DNA of 63,069 nucleotides, the filler included, from Bigelowiella natans CCMP2755 (taxonomy: Eukaryota; Protista; Cercozoa), in NCBI GenBank assembly GCA_000320545.1. It is 7 parts of 7 records of this genome, joined end to end, with 100 filler letters (N's around TTAATTAATTAA, not from the genome) between each part and the next. Parts side by side here need not be neighbours in the genome. Positions count along the whole stretch, not along the records: positions 33,893 to 56,668 come from ADNK01001121.1; 6 more parts are not named here. One strand, given 5' to 3'. A model generated the notes under the pieces. That model did no database searches. It was not told the DNA's origin and saw nothing but the letters and a program-made list of their open reading frames with translations. The position numbers were made by a program, and so were the translations under genes. Numbering within the stretch: the first letter of the stretch is position 1; each line of letters starts with the position of its first letter. Shown here one piece after another: positions 39,903 to 52,528 of this stretch.

Positions 39903-42900
39903 ATGAAGGACTCTCTCTTGGAGAAGAAGAAGAAGAAGAGGAAACTGCAGAAAGGGGGCGTCAAGAAGAAGAAGAAGAAGAAGCGCGATGGAGAAAACAA
40001 AGGTAGAAAGGCAGCGAAACAGGAAGAACCAGGTTCATCCAGAGCACATGGGAAAGAGGGGCAAAAAGAGCTGAGTACAAAGAAGAAGCAAAAGGCTCTT
40101 ATAGATTCGGACGATGAGGGGCAGTCTGATGACGACACTCTAAAGATCAATGAAGGGTACAGAAAACATACATAGCACACATCATCATCAGTTCATCGTC
40201 TTCGTCACAATATTGAGATGATAATAATGCTTTCTGTATCACGACCCTCATCAGATATGCTAAGCACTACATAAACACACAAAAGAGCATCGCAAAGCAA
40301 AAAGGTACAGCTATCTTTGGGTTGGAAAAGCGTAGTGTGGTCATTATGATTCATTACTTCACACTCATCATCCATCAGCGGAGAATAAGATGGCTCGCTT
40401 GTTGGCCAACCTGAGCGATGATGATATGAGTGACTCAGAAGAAGAGGTAGCAAGATGGTAGAAAGAGAGTAGTGTTGGGTGTGAGAGAGGACGACGAAAA
40501 AAGTTAATTCATTCCTAGATGAAAGAAAACACACACGCACACACACAGACAGACAAACTAAGACACATACTCCCTTGCTTGTGATTTTATGGTAATCGCT
40601 ATACACTGTGCGCCTCCTAGGATGAAGACGGATCACTGCTGACAGCTACACTCGATGAAGAGATACATGAAACTATTCTCAAGATAAGAAAGAAGGTTTG
40701 TCGACCTAGGAGATCATTTCATGGAGAGAAATAAGCTGAGTCGTGAGGGCCGAGCATAGACATTCTCTGATGCACGTCGAATCCTCCCTCTCACCTTAAT
40801 AGGACCCCTCGATCTATAGCAAGGAAGCAAAGTTCTATGCGCAGAAATCCCGGGAAGGAGACGACGAGGGTGACGATGACGACGACGAGGAGGAGGAGGA
40901 GGCAGTAAAGAAAAGGAAGAACAAAAAGAAGGGCATTTCTGTCAAGCAATACCTTGTGGCGAGAGCTAAGGATGATTTGGATAACGAGGTAGGTGTTGAT
41001 AACGTGGAATAGATGAAGAAACGTTTGTGAGATGCGCAACATCCAACCCCCTCTCCTCCCCCCCCCCCCCCCACATGCATCTTTAACATCATACATGTTC
41101 ATTTCTCTCGCTTCCACAAATGGGAACAAAGGGAAGAGATGAAGCCGAGCGGCGACCAATGACGAAAGCAGAAGAGTCCGCCATGATCAAAAAGAATTTC
41201 ATCACACTCGCGAACGAAGGCGACGACGACGAGGATGACGGCGCCGATGACTTCTTCTCCAAGAAGGAGAAGAGCAAAGATGAGATCGAGAAGGAGGAGA
41301 GGGAATTTGGTGCTTTTCTAAAGGAGGAGGAGCAAAGAAATCACAAGAAAAAGCTCGAGAGACTTGTCGCCGGATCGGGTGAGAACGAAGCATATCTGCG
41401 TCACCACAAAGAATTATGAAAAAGGAGGGGGGGGAGAAGGAGGAGGAGGGCGAACATTGTTTGATATTCATAAATGTCCACAGTACGAAGAAAAGTCACC
41501 GGAGACTGCTTCTATGACGCTATATGCCCAACTATGCTCCCCCCTCCCCTTCTGCGAGTAAGATAACATTATTTCTACCTAATATATTCAGCTGCGGGGG
41601 AAACGGAAAACCTGAGCAAGGATGATCGATTCCTTCGTGACTTCATCGCCAACGAGTGGTGGAGGGCAAAGGACACATCCAACATGCCCTCCTACGAGGA
41701 GATCATGGGGGAGGAAGAACCAGATCAGCCGGAGGTGGATGATGACGAGAAAGAGCTCGAGAAGGCAGAGGTATGTTAGTAGAAGGAGCAGAAATACATG
41801 CTCACACCGCGGCAATAGTCATTTGATGAAAATGAGGAGGAGGATCCTTGCGAGTCTTCCTTCCCCTTGTTTACTGCTGCTGCTAGTGGCAGAAAAGCCA
41901 TTACCCTTATGACGTGTGTTCTTCGTTTTTCCAACATTGAAAATCGCCCTCCACACCCCTCCCCCCTTTCAACCCCAAGGCATTCGAGCATGCATACAAC
42001 TTCCGTTTCGAGGAGAAGGGCTCCAACGAGATCATCACATATCCCAGAGAGATCGAAGAATCCGTGCGTCTCAAGAAGAGTAAGCGGAAAAGGCAACGCG
42101 ACGCCAAGAAGGTCTTGTTGTGCACGCCCCATGGATCTGCCTGTCTATGATCATCATCATTGTTATCAATCAGGCACGACGAGAGGAAGAAATGGAGAAA
42201 AAGGCCCAGGAGATACGGAAGCTGAAGAAGCAGAAGCGCGCCGAGATCACCGAGAAACTACGTGAATTGAGGGATATTGCTGGCGACATCCCCATGGACA
42301 TCAACCTCGATGGTAATTCATTGTGCATAGAGTATCATCGTTTTCTCGCATCATCCTTATTTTAGTACGGAAAACGTGTAGCTTTACTACTCATCCCTAC
42401 CAGCCGGCAGCATTTCTCCTCCTACATTGCGCTTTTCTTTCAATTCCAATGACACGCACACAGCGTATAGCCCAACCCAAAAAGCGTCAGCATCATCAGC
42501 ATCAGCGGTGTATGCAGAGAACGGAGGGCAACCTGCGACACAATCAATGCAGTACCAACAGTAAAAACAACAACAACAACAACAAGATTAACTTTTTCAA
42601 CGATTACGACGTCATCACTACGCAGGCGACTTCGACCCGGACGCACACGATGCGATGATGCACCAGGCGTTTGACGATGAGTACTACGGCGATGTGGAGA
42701 ACCCTGATGCCCTCATCCACCCGGAGCAAAATCTTCTTGAGCAAGAAACGAGTGAATTCGAGAAACGCTTGTTTCTTCAGCCTGGCATGCCTTGTCGCGC
42801 CTACTACCGGCCTGATAACAAGTGAGATTGGGGCGGAGGGGAGGGGGAGGGGATAGCAGTATAGAGTAGATTGCTGTCGATATCTCGCTTGTTACTCTGC

Positions 42901-44432
42901 ATACTGTCCCCTTTGTTTCAATTACTCTTTTTGCTTGCATAGGTTCTACGACGCAGTAATCGTCCGAAAGCTGCCAAGAAACCGATTCCGCGTGAAGTTT
43001 TCTGGGTAGTAGCAGTAGTAGTATTAGGATTAGTAGCAGTAGTAGCAGTGGTAGTAGTAGTAGTGTGATAGCAGCAGTGCTAGCAGCAGTAGCATCATCA
43101 TCACAATGTAGTAGCAAGAGCATTGGAGAAGTAGCATTAAAAAGCAAGTACCCACACCCTGCTCCTCCTCCTCCTCCTCCTCGCCTTTGGCCATCCTTCC
43201 CAGATACGAAGAAAGCGCTGATTTGGAGACTTCGGAGGTCAGAGTCGCGAAGCTAAAAGAAGGTGACGAGGATGGGAAGTCGTTAGCAGAGGATGGCGAC
43301 AAGGAAGGTGTGTTGTTAGCCTACTAGGAGAAGCGGTAGTAATTACCAGCAGTAACAGAGGCAGTGGTAGTAGTAATCGCATGGGAAATGTGTAAAAAGC
43401 AACGATGATCCCTCCCCCCCCCCCTCTGGAAACAAGACGAGCCCGCAGTATGTTGGGACAATCATGAATGCACGACGTCTCATTCCATTCTCCCTTCCCA
43501 TCTGACACACCGTTACTGTCCATCCCTCGCTTAGCAAAACCGTTTAACGTCGGGGACATATGCGAGGCGCGGTATGAAGCAGACGGCAAGTTTTACAAGG
43601 CCAAAGTTCTGGCGATAATGGAGGCCGAAAATTCGTTGCGAGTTCAGTATCAAGGGTAGTGAAACGATGTCCTATGCTTTGAAGGAGTACCTAAGTAGCG
43701 TTAGCAGCGATATAACCAATGCATTTTTAGCAGAGATAGTAGCTTCAATCTCTCTATACCTCCTCATCTCCCTCCCCCCCCCCCCCTCCTCTTTCTCTAA
43801 CTTCATCTTGTGGCCCATCGTCCTTGCAGGTACGATGAGGAGGCGGTGGTGCCCTTTGATGACGTCCGGGTCCCCGGGACGAAGAAGACCGTCGGTAACG
43901 CCAATGCGAAATTACGCCAAATGACAGCCGAGCGCAAGGAGATTGAGGCACTTCTGGACGAAGTAGACAAACTCGACTACGAAGACCTCATAGGCGGCGA
44001 TATCCCCACGCGATTCAGGTATGATATGGCGTGCGCAGAGAAGGACAGAAGCAGAGGAAATGAAGAGGACTATTGTGTAGAAAGTTTAGGCAGATTTTCT
44101 TTCCCTTCCGTGCTCTCTAGTTCATATGGGCTTTTCTCCGCTCTTTCCTCTCCTCCTCTCCCTTCGCTTCCCCATTTTTTCCTAGGTACAAAAAGGTCGA
44201 GCCGCTTGATTTCGGGATGACGGTGAAAGAGATTCTGGAAACCCCAGATAAGGTTTTGAGGCAGCGAGTCTCAATGAAGCACCTCGCTCCTTATAAGAAC
44301 GTCCGAAATATGCATTGGAGAAAATTTAAAAATTCGAGGCCACAGCGCAAAAATGGCAAGAGTATTGACAACAAACGAGAAGGAGGAGGGAAGAAGAAAA
44401 AGAAAATTAAGAAAAAATCGGCAAAGGCCTAG
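39903..44432 (+). CDS. KRI1: KRI1 homologue (40S biogenesis) with two inserted Tudor domains
   Basis: LKINEGY, ETILKIRKKDPSIY, DDRFLRDFIANEWW, AEAFEHAYNFRFEE...IITYPREIEESVR, GDFDPDAHDAMMHQAFDDEYY, then two Tudor repeats, then the Kri1 C-terminal motif LDYEDLIGGDIPTRFRYKKVEPLDFGMTVKEIL...VSMKHLAPYK. Stop TAG at 44430-44432. Confidence 0.93.
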
Positions 44433-44449
44433 AAATTGCTTAAGTCAAT

Positions 44450-45120
44450 ATAACTAGATAACGTGGAGCATCGAGAAAGTATGAGCATGGTTAATTACTG
44501 CATGTGTCATCCGCTATGCTAGTTGTATACATTTTTAGATACAACATGTGATATTGATGCACGACGGACGCAGCGTGCGCTACTAGGCTAGCGCATAGCA
44601 TCATTACATCATGCCGTTCAGCTGCTACGCGCATCGCATACTACCATCGATGGCCCTACTACTAGCTAGCTAGCCTACAATGAACAACAAATGCAATTTA
44701 TTACCTTGTAGCCGCTGCTTGCACAGTTAGATAGCTTTGATCAATTCATTGCATATCAGTCTCATGTGTATAGACGTTGATGGCTAGCGATGGCTCGATA
44801 TCGCACGCATAAGGCTAGATACAAATTGATAGATACGTACGATAGTAGTACACCTAGCTAGGCTAGCTAGACACGGTCATGCATGTATCGTATCGCAGCA
44901 TTTGTTTATTCTAGCGTTATGCGTATGTGCGCGCGTCTCTATACACATTTTGCACAGCTGTGGTACATGTGCACTATGCCAGCTACGTCAATACGCGTAC
45001 GCACCGCGGCCAAAAGCACGATAAAGCATTTTTGTATAGCATTTAGCTGCATTGCATAGCTACATTAGGATGACAACTGAAAAAATTTAAACATTTCATT
45101 ACATCCGTCTTATATTAACA
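44450..45120. other. CTAG-rich convergent intergenic region
   Basis: ACTAGCTAGCTAGCC, CCTAGCTAGGCTAGCTAG and similar words between the KRI1 and glycosylase-like 3' ends. Confidence 0.6.
45044..45110 (+). repeat. Dispersed ~70-bp element, copy 1
   Basis: Shares TAGCTGC..TTGCAxAGCTACA..AGGATGAC...TGAAAAxATTTAA........TTACATCCGTCT with 62965-63034. Confidence 0.65.
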
Positions 45121-45451
45121 AATGAAAAAACTAGTAAAAAATGGAAAATGTAGGTATGTCATAATAGATATGTGCAGCACCCGTGTTCACTACTTGTTAT
45201 ATCTCAACATAACACAGTGCACGCAAGCCAGGATCGAGAATTCCCACCGCACTCTGCGGCTACTTTTACGCGCAGTGCTGTGGGTTGGATGCTGTTCGAT
45301 TGTTTCTGCTACCCGTATGTTTGTTGTCGTACGCTATTCTGCACGATCAGCATCACCATCTTCACCGCCTCCTTCTCCTCCACTTGCAGCAACTGCCGTT
45401 ATCACGAAACCTTCCGCCAGCATCGCAGAGATATCATCATCATCATCATCA

Positions 45452-46060
45452 TCATCTCTCTACGAGCTCTTTGGGAGAAGGCATGAGCACCTTGCTTTCC
45501 GACCTGAGGAGGTGAGGGGCTACTTCCGTGATGGCGACATGCTTCGGCTGGGTCACGGCTGTCAAGGGGAATAACTTGCTGTAAACTTTGCTCCACGCAC
45601 CGTACGCCTGCGAAGAGAGAAAGAGAGAGAGAGAGAGAGGGAGAGAGAGAGGGAGAGGGAGAGAGAGGGAGAGATTATCAACGACGACAACGAAGATTTC
45701 TAAGCATTGATTCTTGCACGACAACGTTGCGAAATTACCATTGTCATCACCACCACCATCATCATCATCATCATCATAAACATCATTGCTATTATTTGCC
45801 TGCTCTAATACTACTACATCTGCTACATCTTCTTCCTCATCACCTGTATCAGCAAGCTTGCGGTGAACTCTTTGCCGTGGAACTCTGTCATTTTTTGAGA
45901 AAGGCCAGCCTGCAACAAAGATAACAAATGGTCATTCGATATCTTCTCAATACCCATCTAACACCACCAAGCGGCAGCAGTAGCAGCAGCAGCAAACCTT
46001 GAAAACTTCTACGTTCTTAGCGTTGTTCCTCTCGGTGATTCCTGAGAAAAGAAGCATGCG

Positions 46061-46103
<43 letters not shown>

Positions 46104-46535
46104 AGGAGAAGGGCAGGAGGGGGAATGATGGTGGAAGAAAATATATTAAGATTGCAGTGAAAGCTCTGCAATGTTCTCACTGTGTATATTTTTCGATGAT
46201 CTTCGAATATGAATTAAAGAGGGCCCATACCTGTGATTTTCTTTAGATCCTCACTCGAAATCCCTGGTTGCGATTTCCATCTAGTTTGGGGGGGGGAGCG
46301 GAGGCAACATGTTGCTTTAATGAAAATAGTAATCATTGGTAATTATTAGATGGTATTATTAGCAACGAAAAACAAATCTTTCCCTTGTCACGTCTCGTTT
46401 TTTCTTTCTAATGTATGTTGTGCTACATTGAGAGCGACACGAGATTCTTTTGCTTTTTCAACAATTTTGGAGCGGTCTGAAACCTGTCATTTACAAAAGA
46501 GGGATCAGTAATGTTTCAATAATAGATAGGAGTAA

Positions 46536-46593
<58 letters not shown>

Positions 46594-47373
46594 GAGGCCA
46601 GATACTCAAATTAAAACTTCCAACAACAATAACAACAATAATATCAACAGCTCTTCTCTAAGCCAGCTGCTTTTACCGATAGGGTGCCATCAACCACTTC
46701 TCTCTCTCCTTTGCATCCTTCTTCAGAGTTAAGCCTGAGAGATGGGGGGGGAGGGGGGGAGAAACAGGAGTGAGGGAATGAAGAAAACATTAAAAACGCA
46801 TGAATTTTAGACAGACCGTATCGTGGGGAGCGTATTATTTGGTGATTTCGAGGTTCCTTAGCCTTCTCCAGCTTAAGAACACCCCCGTTAAATGCGTTGA
46901 AGGTAAAGATTTCGGAATCAACCAGCGACTAATAGACAGTGGTTATGATTGAGGAGGAGGAGGAGGATAAAAAAGACGAAGAAGATAGAGAGCTTCATTC
47001 GCAAACTCCCGAAAATAAGAACTTAAAAAAAAAAGATTATCGCGAAACATCATCATTGTCGTGCTCGATTTTTGTGTATAATGCGGCATCTCAAAACGTC
47101 GTTCATACCACTATGTTTTTAGCTTTTGTTAGCTCCAGAATCCTGATAGAAGGGTGGCAGCAAGATAATGGGAGGACCAACAGTAATTACGTGAGAATAA
47201 CGAAGCACAAAGATAGGGAAGAAAATATTAAGTGGAGTGCATATTGATTTCTTTGTTTTTCCGGCTTTTGTAATCTGTCTTCTTTACTTTCTGACGACGT
47301 TGCACGGGCCTTCAGTAATTATCCCAGTTTCCAACTCGATCACTCCTCTACCGTAGTGCAGACGATATTTGTA

Positions 47374-47413
<40 letters not shown>

Positions 47414-49475
47414 TTTGTTGCATAGTTCCTTCGTTGTCATCATCAAAATCATCTATTCGTGATACTACTGTGTGCTTGTTTATAAACCGTATTAAGATGC
47501 CGCCGGTGCACTTCCCCGGGCTCCCAAAGGTCACGTCCAAACCCTAGTGTCAAGAAAGAGGAGGAGGAGGAGTAGAAGGAGGATGAAAACGCTACATTCA
47601 CCTCAATGAGAGAGAGAGAGAGAGAGAGAACCCTTCCGTTCCTCCCGGGGATATGTAGACGCCCTCATCCATTTGCTACTATTTCTTATAACCCCTCTAC
47701 TTTAGTGAAATACCGAAAAAACTTTGTTGGTACTACTTACAACTACAACTACTACCATGTAAGAGCCGCCCTTGTAGGTCTTTCCTTGGCGATGGAAGTA
47801 CCAGTGACCGGTCGTCTAACAAGCAGAGAGAAGCAGCAGCGGTGGCAATAAATAAAACCAACCAATGATAGTTACAAACCATAGAAATGTAAGGTTGTAG
47901 CGATAACAACGATCGTGTGAGCCACACCTGGAGTTGCAGCTCATCCCCATGGGTGAATCTGTTCAAAAGACAATCATAAGAAAAACAGGAACTTTCATCA
48001 CCTTCCCATTTCCCCGTTTCCCTCTTCTTACACGTCTTTGTGGCTTTCACATTTGAGATAAGCCTCCACTTCCACCAGTCGAAACAGCTTTCCCGCTATC
48101 ACCTGAGAACACGAGTACGCGGCCATAAATATTTATCCGAATAGTAAATTGTGTGATTTTCACTTAATTTTTTTTTCACACCAATCAGTACAAAATTTCA
48201 CTCGTGATATACATCCAGCTGTTGTGTATGATGCAATGTTCTGAATTCCTTTCTTTCATTAGAAGTAATAAAAGTGATTCAGGGTAGTACCATGTTGTAG
48301 CGGTTCATCATCACTCCGCAGATGAAGTTCAAGCGTTGTGCAATCTCGTTGACGGATCTAAATGTTGAAAGAAAAATTCCTAGTCTGAGCTTCGCTAAAT
48401 GGACGGCCAAGCACTATTCACAAGTGAAAACAACCTTATTGTGTTGAAATCGCTCCCGAGAAGGTGCGCTAAGTTTTGCTCTAAGTTTTCTTGTTCTATT
48501 ATTATTGGTCAAAATAATTTGATGAGTACGCGTCAATGCGGATGCTCAGCAGAAAACAATCTTTGAAGTTTCCAGCGGCCATAATAGATCGGAAGAAGAG
48601 ATTTCGAATGATTTACCATGGGCATGAGTAATTGAAACGCCCCCGGCAGTGGCCGCACATGAGTCTGTATCTGTAGCTTCTGTCTCGAGAAGCCGCCGCC
48701 TCTTCAGCGACCGGACAGGATCTGGAAGTGGCGGTGTGTCGCGAACGCGGTTAATGGAAGCGACTGGAGCCCTGTTACCCGCCGATTGACTCTGGTTGCT
48801 CCTATCACTGCTCCCGCTACTCTGGTTGCTTATGCTACCTTTACCCTCAGGTTTATTGGTAAGAGGAGCTGGGCACTTCCGAACGCCGAGAATCTTTTGC
48901 AATCGGTTCAGAGTCTGACAATTGAACTTTACACGCAAATTATTTTGGTTGGAAAGGTGCTCCACTGCTCTCGACAGGTCATTCCAAAATACTTGCTCGC
49001 CCATCATTTCAATGGAGAGGAGAGGAAGAAGTAGCGTTGATGCTGCTGCGAATAAATCAAGCACAATCTTGTTAATGAGGAAGGATTCTGTGATGATCAA
49101 AAAATTCCATGTTCTAAGGCTATTCATTACCTGTGTTCTTGTCTCAGCGCTGCTGTTTGATGTTTAATGAGGGCTAATGAACTACAAAAATAATGGGGCT
49201 GGGGAAACTTGTATGGAACCCTTCGATGCAGACTTTACTCACGCAACAGCTTTTTCTTACAGGAAGAAAAGCGTGCTATTTTATTTCGCGACTAGACAAT
49301 TCGTTTTTAGATTTTAAGGAAACATGTCTGTTTTAGCTAAAACTAGCAGACATTACGTAATGAAAAAAATTGTCCTACTTTTCCTGTCTCGTAGAATCCT
49401 GAAATCGCCTTTTATAAACACAAAAACAACCTCGATAGGCCAAATGCTTTCCAGAGATTCCTTCAATGACGACAT
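45452..49475 (-). CDS. AAG/MPG (3-methyladenine/hypoxanthine DNA glycosylase)-fold protein, divergent, with a low-complexity N-terminal extension
   Basis: Spliced exons give MMNRYNMVIAGKLFRLVEVEAYLKCESHKDVFTHGDELQLQTTGHWYFHRQGKTYKGGSYMGLDVTFGSPGKCTGGILIRGVIELETGIITEGPCNVVRKILE...IIRSPRYGLTLK...WLMAPYRF. This is collinear with the AAG motifs RIVETEAY, VLLRA, GP.KL, PRVG and P.RF. The N-terminal exons (MSSLKESLE, 49475) and the stop are tentative. Confidence 0.72.
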
Positions 49476-49699
49476 ATAAAAAAGGCTCGATTGTGAAAAG
49501 ATAGGGTATGGTACCCTTTAACGTTTTCATTGCTTCCATGAGGAGTCTTTATTTTTACGACATGAAAAATGTGTATGTCGCAGATAAAATTGTCTTTACA
49601 AGAAGCTTAATAGGTAGTGCACGCTGTGAACGGAGACTTTACAGGCCTGTAAGAACTGTCCGGAGAAACTCTGGAGTCCTAAGAGTTCCCTCGGAGTTT

Positions 49700-50440
49700 T
49701 CTCAAACTTGTCTCACAACATTGTGCAGTTCATCTGTCCACCAATGGTGACTTGTGTCGCAGCTTTTGCTCGTTCGTCAAACCCGATGCCCCAATTTGCA
49801 GATCCAGAGCCTGGGCGAGGAGCCACATTGGAAGGCCAGCTTCCAGATTGTTTAAGTGTCATCTTGATGATTGGCATGACAATTCAGGTGTGTTGCTCAA
49901 ACTTCAGCTCCGCGCTGGGACTCACGAAACTGAGGAGCACAGGGCCAAAGTTTGCAATTTGCCCCCCTCTTTCTCGGTGTGTCCTCTTTGCAATGCTGAA
50001 GTTGTTCAAAGTGTCAACCACCTCATCCATCATTGCACTCACTTGAATGCAGAGAGATGCAAGCTTCTCTCGCACATGAGATCCGCTCTGGGTTCAGCTT
50101 CTTCCCTCCACTCTTCGTTCTTTGACGCTCCAGACTCCTCCAAAACCAAAATTCTGCTGGGGGCCCCCTCAGATGATCCAATCGTAGATCGTCGTGTGGA
50201 CATGGCCTTCAGGAAGTTTTTGCTCAGAGTGGAGGTCTTGCGCCGTCAGAACTTTGCTGCTGGTGTCATTGCTTCTCAATGACCAAGTCATGCCATTTTG
50301 GCAAACCAGCTGGTTGATTTGCTGGTCACAGTCCTCACTGAAACCAGTTCGAGGCACTGCATTTTGCACACTGCAAGTGTCTTGCAACACTTTGGAAGTG
50401 CAGTTTTTCATCATTGTTTCATTGTTTCATTGTTTCGTCA
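49700..50440 (+). mobile_element. 3' end of a LINE: ORF2 C-terminal CCHC zinc knuckle, 3' UTR and simple-repeat tail
   Basis: ORF 49752-50282 has LKLQLRAGTH...CPLCNAEVVQSVNHLIHHC (Cx2C-x8-H-x4-C)...ILLG. It is followed by (CATTGTTT)x3 at 50412-50435. Confidence 0.8.
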
Positions 50441-50772
50441 TTCGGGGGGGAAGTCCAGCAATGCTGGAATGGCACCTCTCGCGCGCGTGCAAACGTCTGC
50501 ATGCTCGAACTGTGACCAAATGCCTTCGCCGCCACAATCACCACGATTGATCTCTCACTTGTGGATGATCTTCGAAACACCAACCTTCATCAACTCGGCA
50601 AGCTGGCAAGCCAGCAAGGCCGTCAAGGCACTTGCTGGCTTGCATCCCTTTTCGTGCACTTGAGCGTGCTGGCGTGGCCAGGCGGAACCGTGCCAGCTGG
50701 CCAGCGCAGAATGTGCATGGATCTGGAGGTGTGCATCTGACCAGCTAGCCAGTGCATTGCGTCCATGCCAGC

Positions 50773-51837
50773 GCAGCAGACCACCACACCATGCCCCACG
50801 TGCACAACACACACTTCACTTCCCACCTGCCGTCAGTGGGGGAACGACACAAAATTTTCATTTCAAAAATTCACCCACTGACGACCCACTGCTGAACTGA
50901 ATTGCCAGAATGAAATGGCAAAATCGCACGAGCACGACACGTCAAGTGCCCCACATTTGATTTCCCATCAGCAATCAGCAGCAAAACGTGCGAAAATGCG
51001 CAAACGTGAAAGCTTTCTTGCCTGCCATGTGTTTTGTGAAAACAATCTTTGTTGAAAATGACATGGCAAAGTGTGTTTTTTGATGTTGTGAGTTTTGCTG
51101 GTACGTTCGCAACTGTGCACTGCTGACTGGCCACAGCAGAGCATCGCGCAGCAAAAAAATGACGTGGCAAAGTGCACTTTTCAACAATGCGAACATGCTG
51201 GCATGTTCGTGACTGTGCACTGGCCACAGCAGAGCATCGCGCAGCAAAAAATTTGACATGGCAAAGTGCATTTTTCAATGTCACGAACATGCTGGCACAT
51301 TCGCAACTGTGCACTGGCTAGCTGGTCACAGCAGAGCATCGCGCAGCAAAAAAATGGATGTGTCCTCCAGCTGATGACAGACACAACAACACGGTGCACG
51401 TGATGTGCATGCATCACATGCACATTGCGTGCAATGCGCGAAAGCAGCACTCGGACGTTGGTCGATGCCATTTTTTTTGCTGCGCGATGCTCTGGCTGCT
51501 GTGGCCAGTGCACAGTTGCGAACATGCTGGCATGTTCGCAACATCAAAAAATGCATTTTGCCATGTCATTTTCAACAAAGATTGTTTTCACAAAACACAT
51601 GGTAGGCAAAGCTTTCATGTTGCGCATTTTCGCACATTTTGCTGCTGATTGCTGATGGGAAATCAAATGTGGGGCACTTGACATGTCATGCTCGTGCGAT
51701 TTTGCCATGTCATTCCAGCAATTCAGTTCAGCAGTGGGTCGTCAGTGGGTGAATTTTTGAAATGAAATTTTTGTGTCGTTCCCCTGCTGACGGTGGATGG
51801 GAAATGAAATGTGGGGCATGGTGTGGTGGTCTGCTGC
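50773..51837. mobile_element. Foldback/MITE-like element with ~370-390-bp inverted arms and internal ~95-bp tandem subrepeats
   Basis: 50773-51160 is the reverse complement of 51468-51837 at high identity. The unit TGACATGGCAAAGTG...CACAGCAGAGCATCGCGCAGCAAAAAA occurs three times on the left (51059-51357) and once inverted on the right. No coding capacity seen. Confidence 0.85.
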
Positions 51838-52015
51838 ATGCCCAGCTAGCTGGGTGGAGGTCCAGAGGTCGTGCAGAGCCAGAGAGGTGTGCACTCGTGC
51901 ATGCCAGCTAGCAAGCATGCATGCAACTTGCGCTAGCTAGCTGGCATGTGCCACTGCACACACACTGCAGTTGAAACGCGCCTTGAGGCAGTCACAGGAG
52001 ATGTTGATGATCAGC

Positions 52016-52528
52016 ACACACAACTCAGTCAAACCTGCACGCGCGTGACGAGTGGCATGACCTCTCAACCTAGCAATTGAGAGCAATTTTTGCGTGTGTG
52101 TCAAGGTGTGCTGAAATTCCAGCAATTTTCACGTGCGTGTGCTGAAATTTCACAATGACATGCTAGCATGAAGTCAGTCTAGCAGTCCAGCAGTGCCAGA
52201 GTGCATGTGCGCACACCTCACTCCAGCACTGCAGCTCTAGAGCTCGTGATGAGTTTGCAAAACTTGTGAGCACAGCAAGTGCAACTGCGCTAGCTGTTTC
52301 AGAAGTGGCAAGCATTTTGCAATTTGCGCACACGCGCTGGCAGGCGTTGAAAAATGAGTTTTTGAAGCTGAAATTCGAAAAAAAAGTTCAAATTTGAACT
52401 TCAAACAGGCTCCAGTGTGCTTCCAATGTCCAATTGCAATGATTGAGCGCGCTAGCTAGCCAGGCCGCGCGCGCAAAGCATGGTTTGTGCAAACCCCAGT
52501 CGTTGCAGGGTTTGACGGAGTTGCGTGC
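52016..52528. mobile_element. Possible MITE with ~25-bp imperfect terminal inverted repeats
   Basis: Left CACACAACTCAGTCAAACCTGCA versus right (reverse complement) CACGCAACTCCGTCAAACCCTGCA. The CAGTCAAACC core resembles pogo/Tigger-type termini. Confidence 0.5.

Noticed and set aside
51059-51357. Three regularly spaced repeats resembling a CRISPR array
   Set aside because: The whole ~95-bp unit repeats with no unique spacers, there are no cas genes, the context is eukaryotic, and it is part of a foldback element.
50298-52125. Many overlapping Cys/His-rich ORFs on both strands
   Set aside because: A by-product of TpA loss, which removes TAA/TAG stops and enriches TGY/CAY codons.
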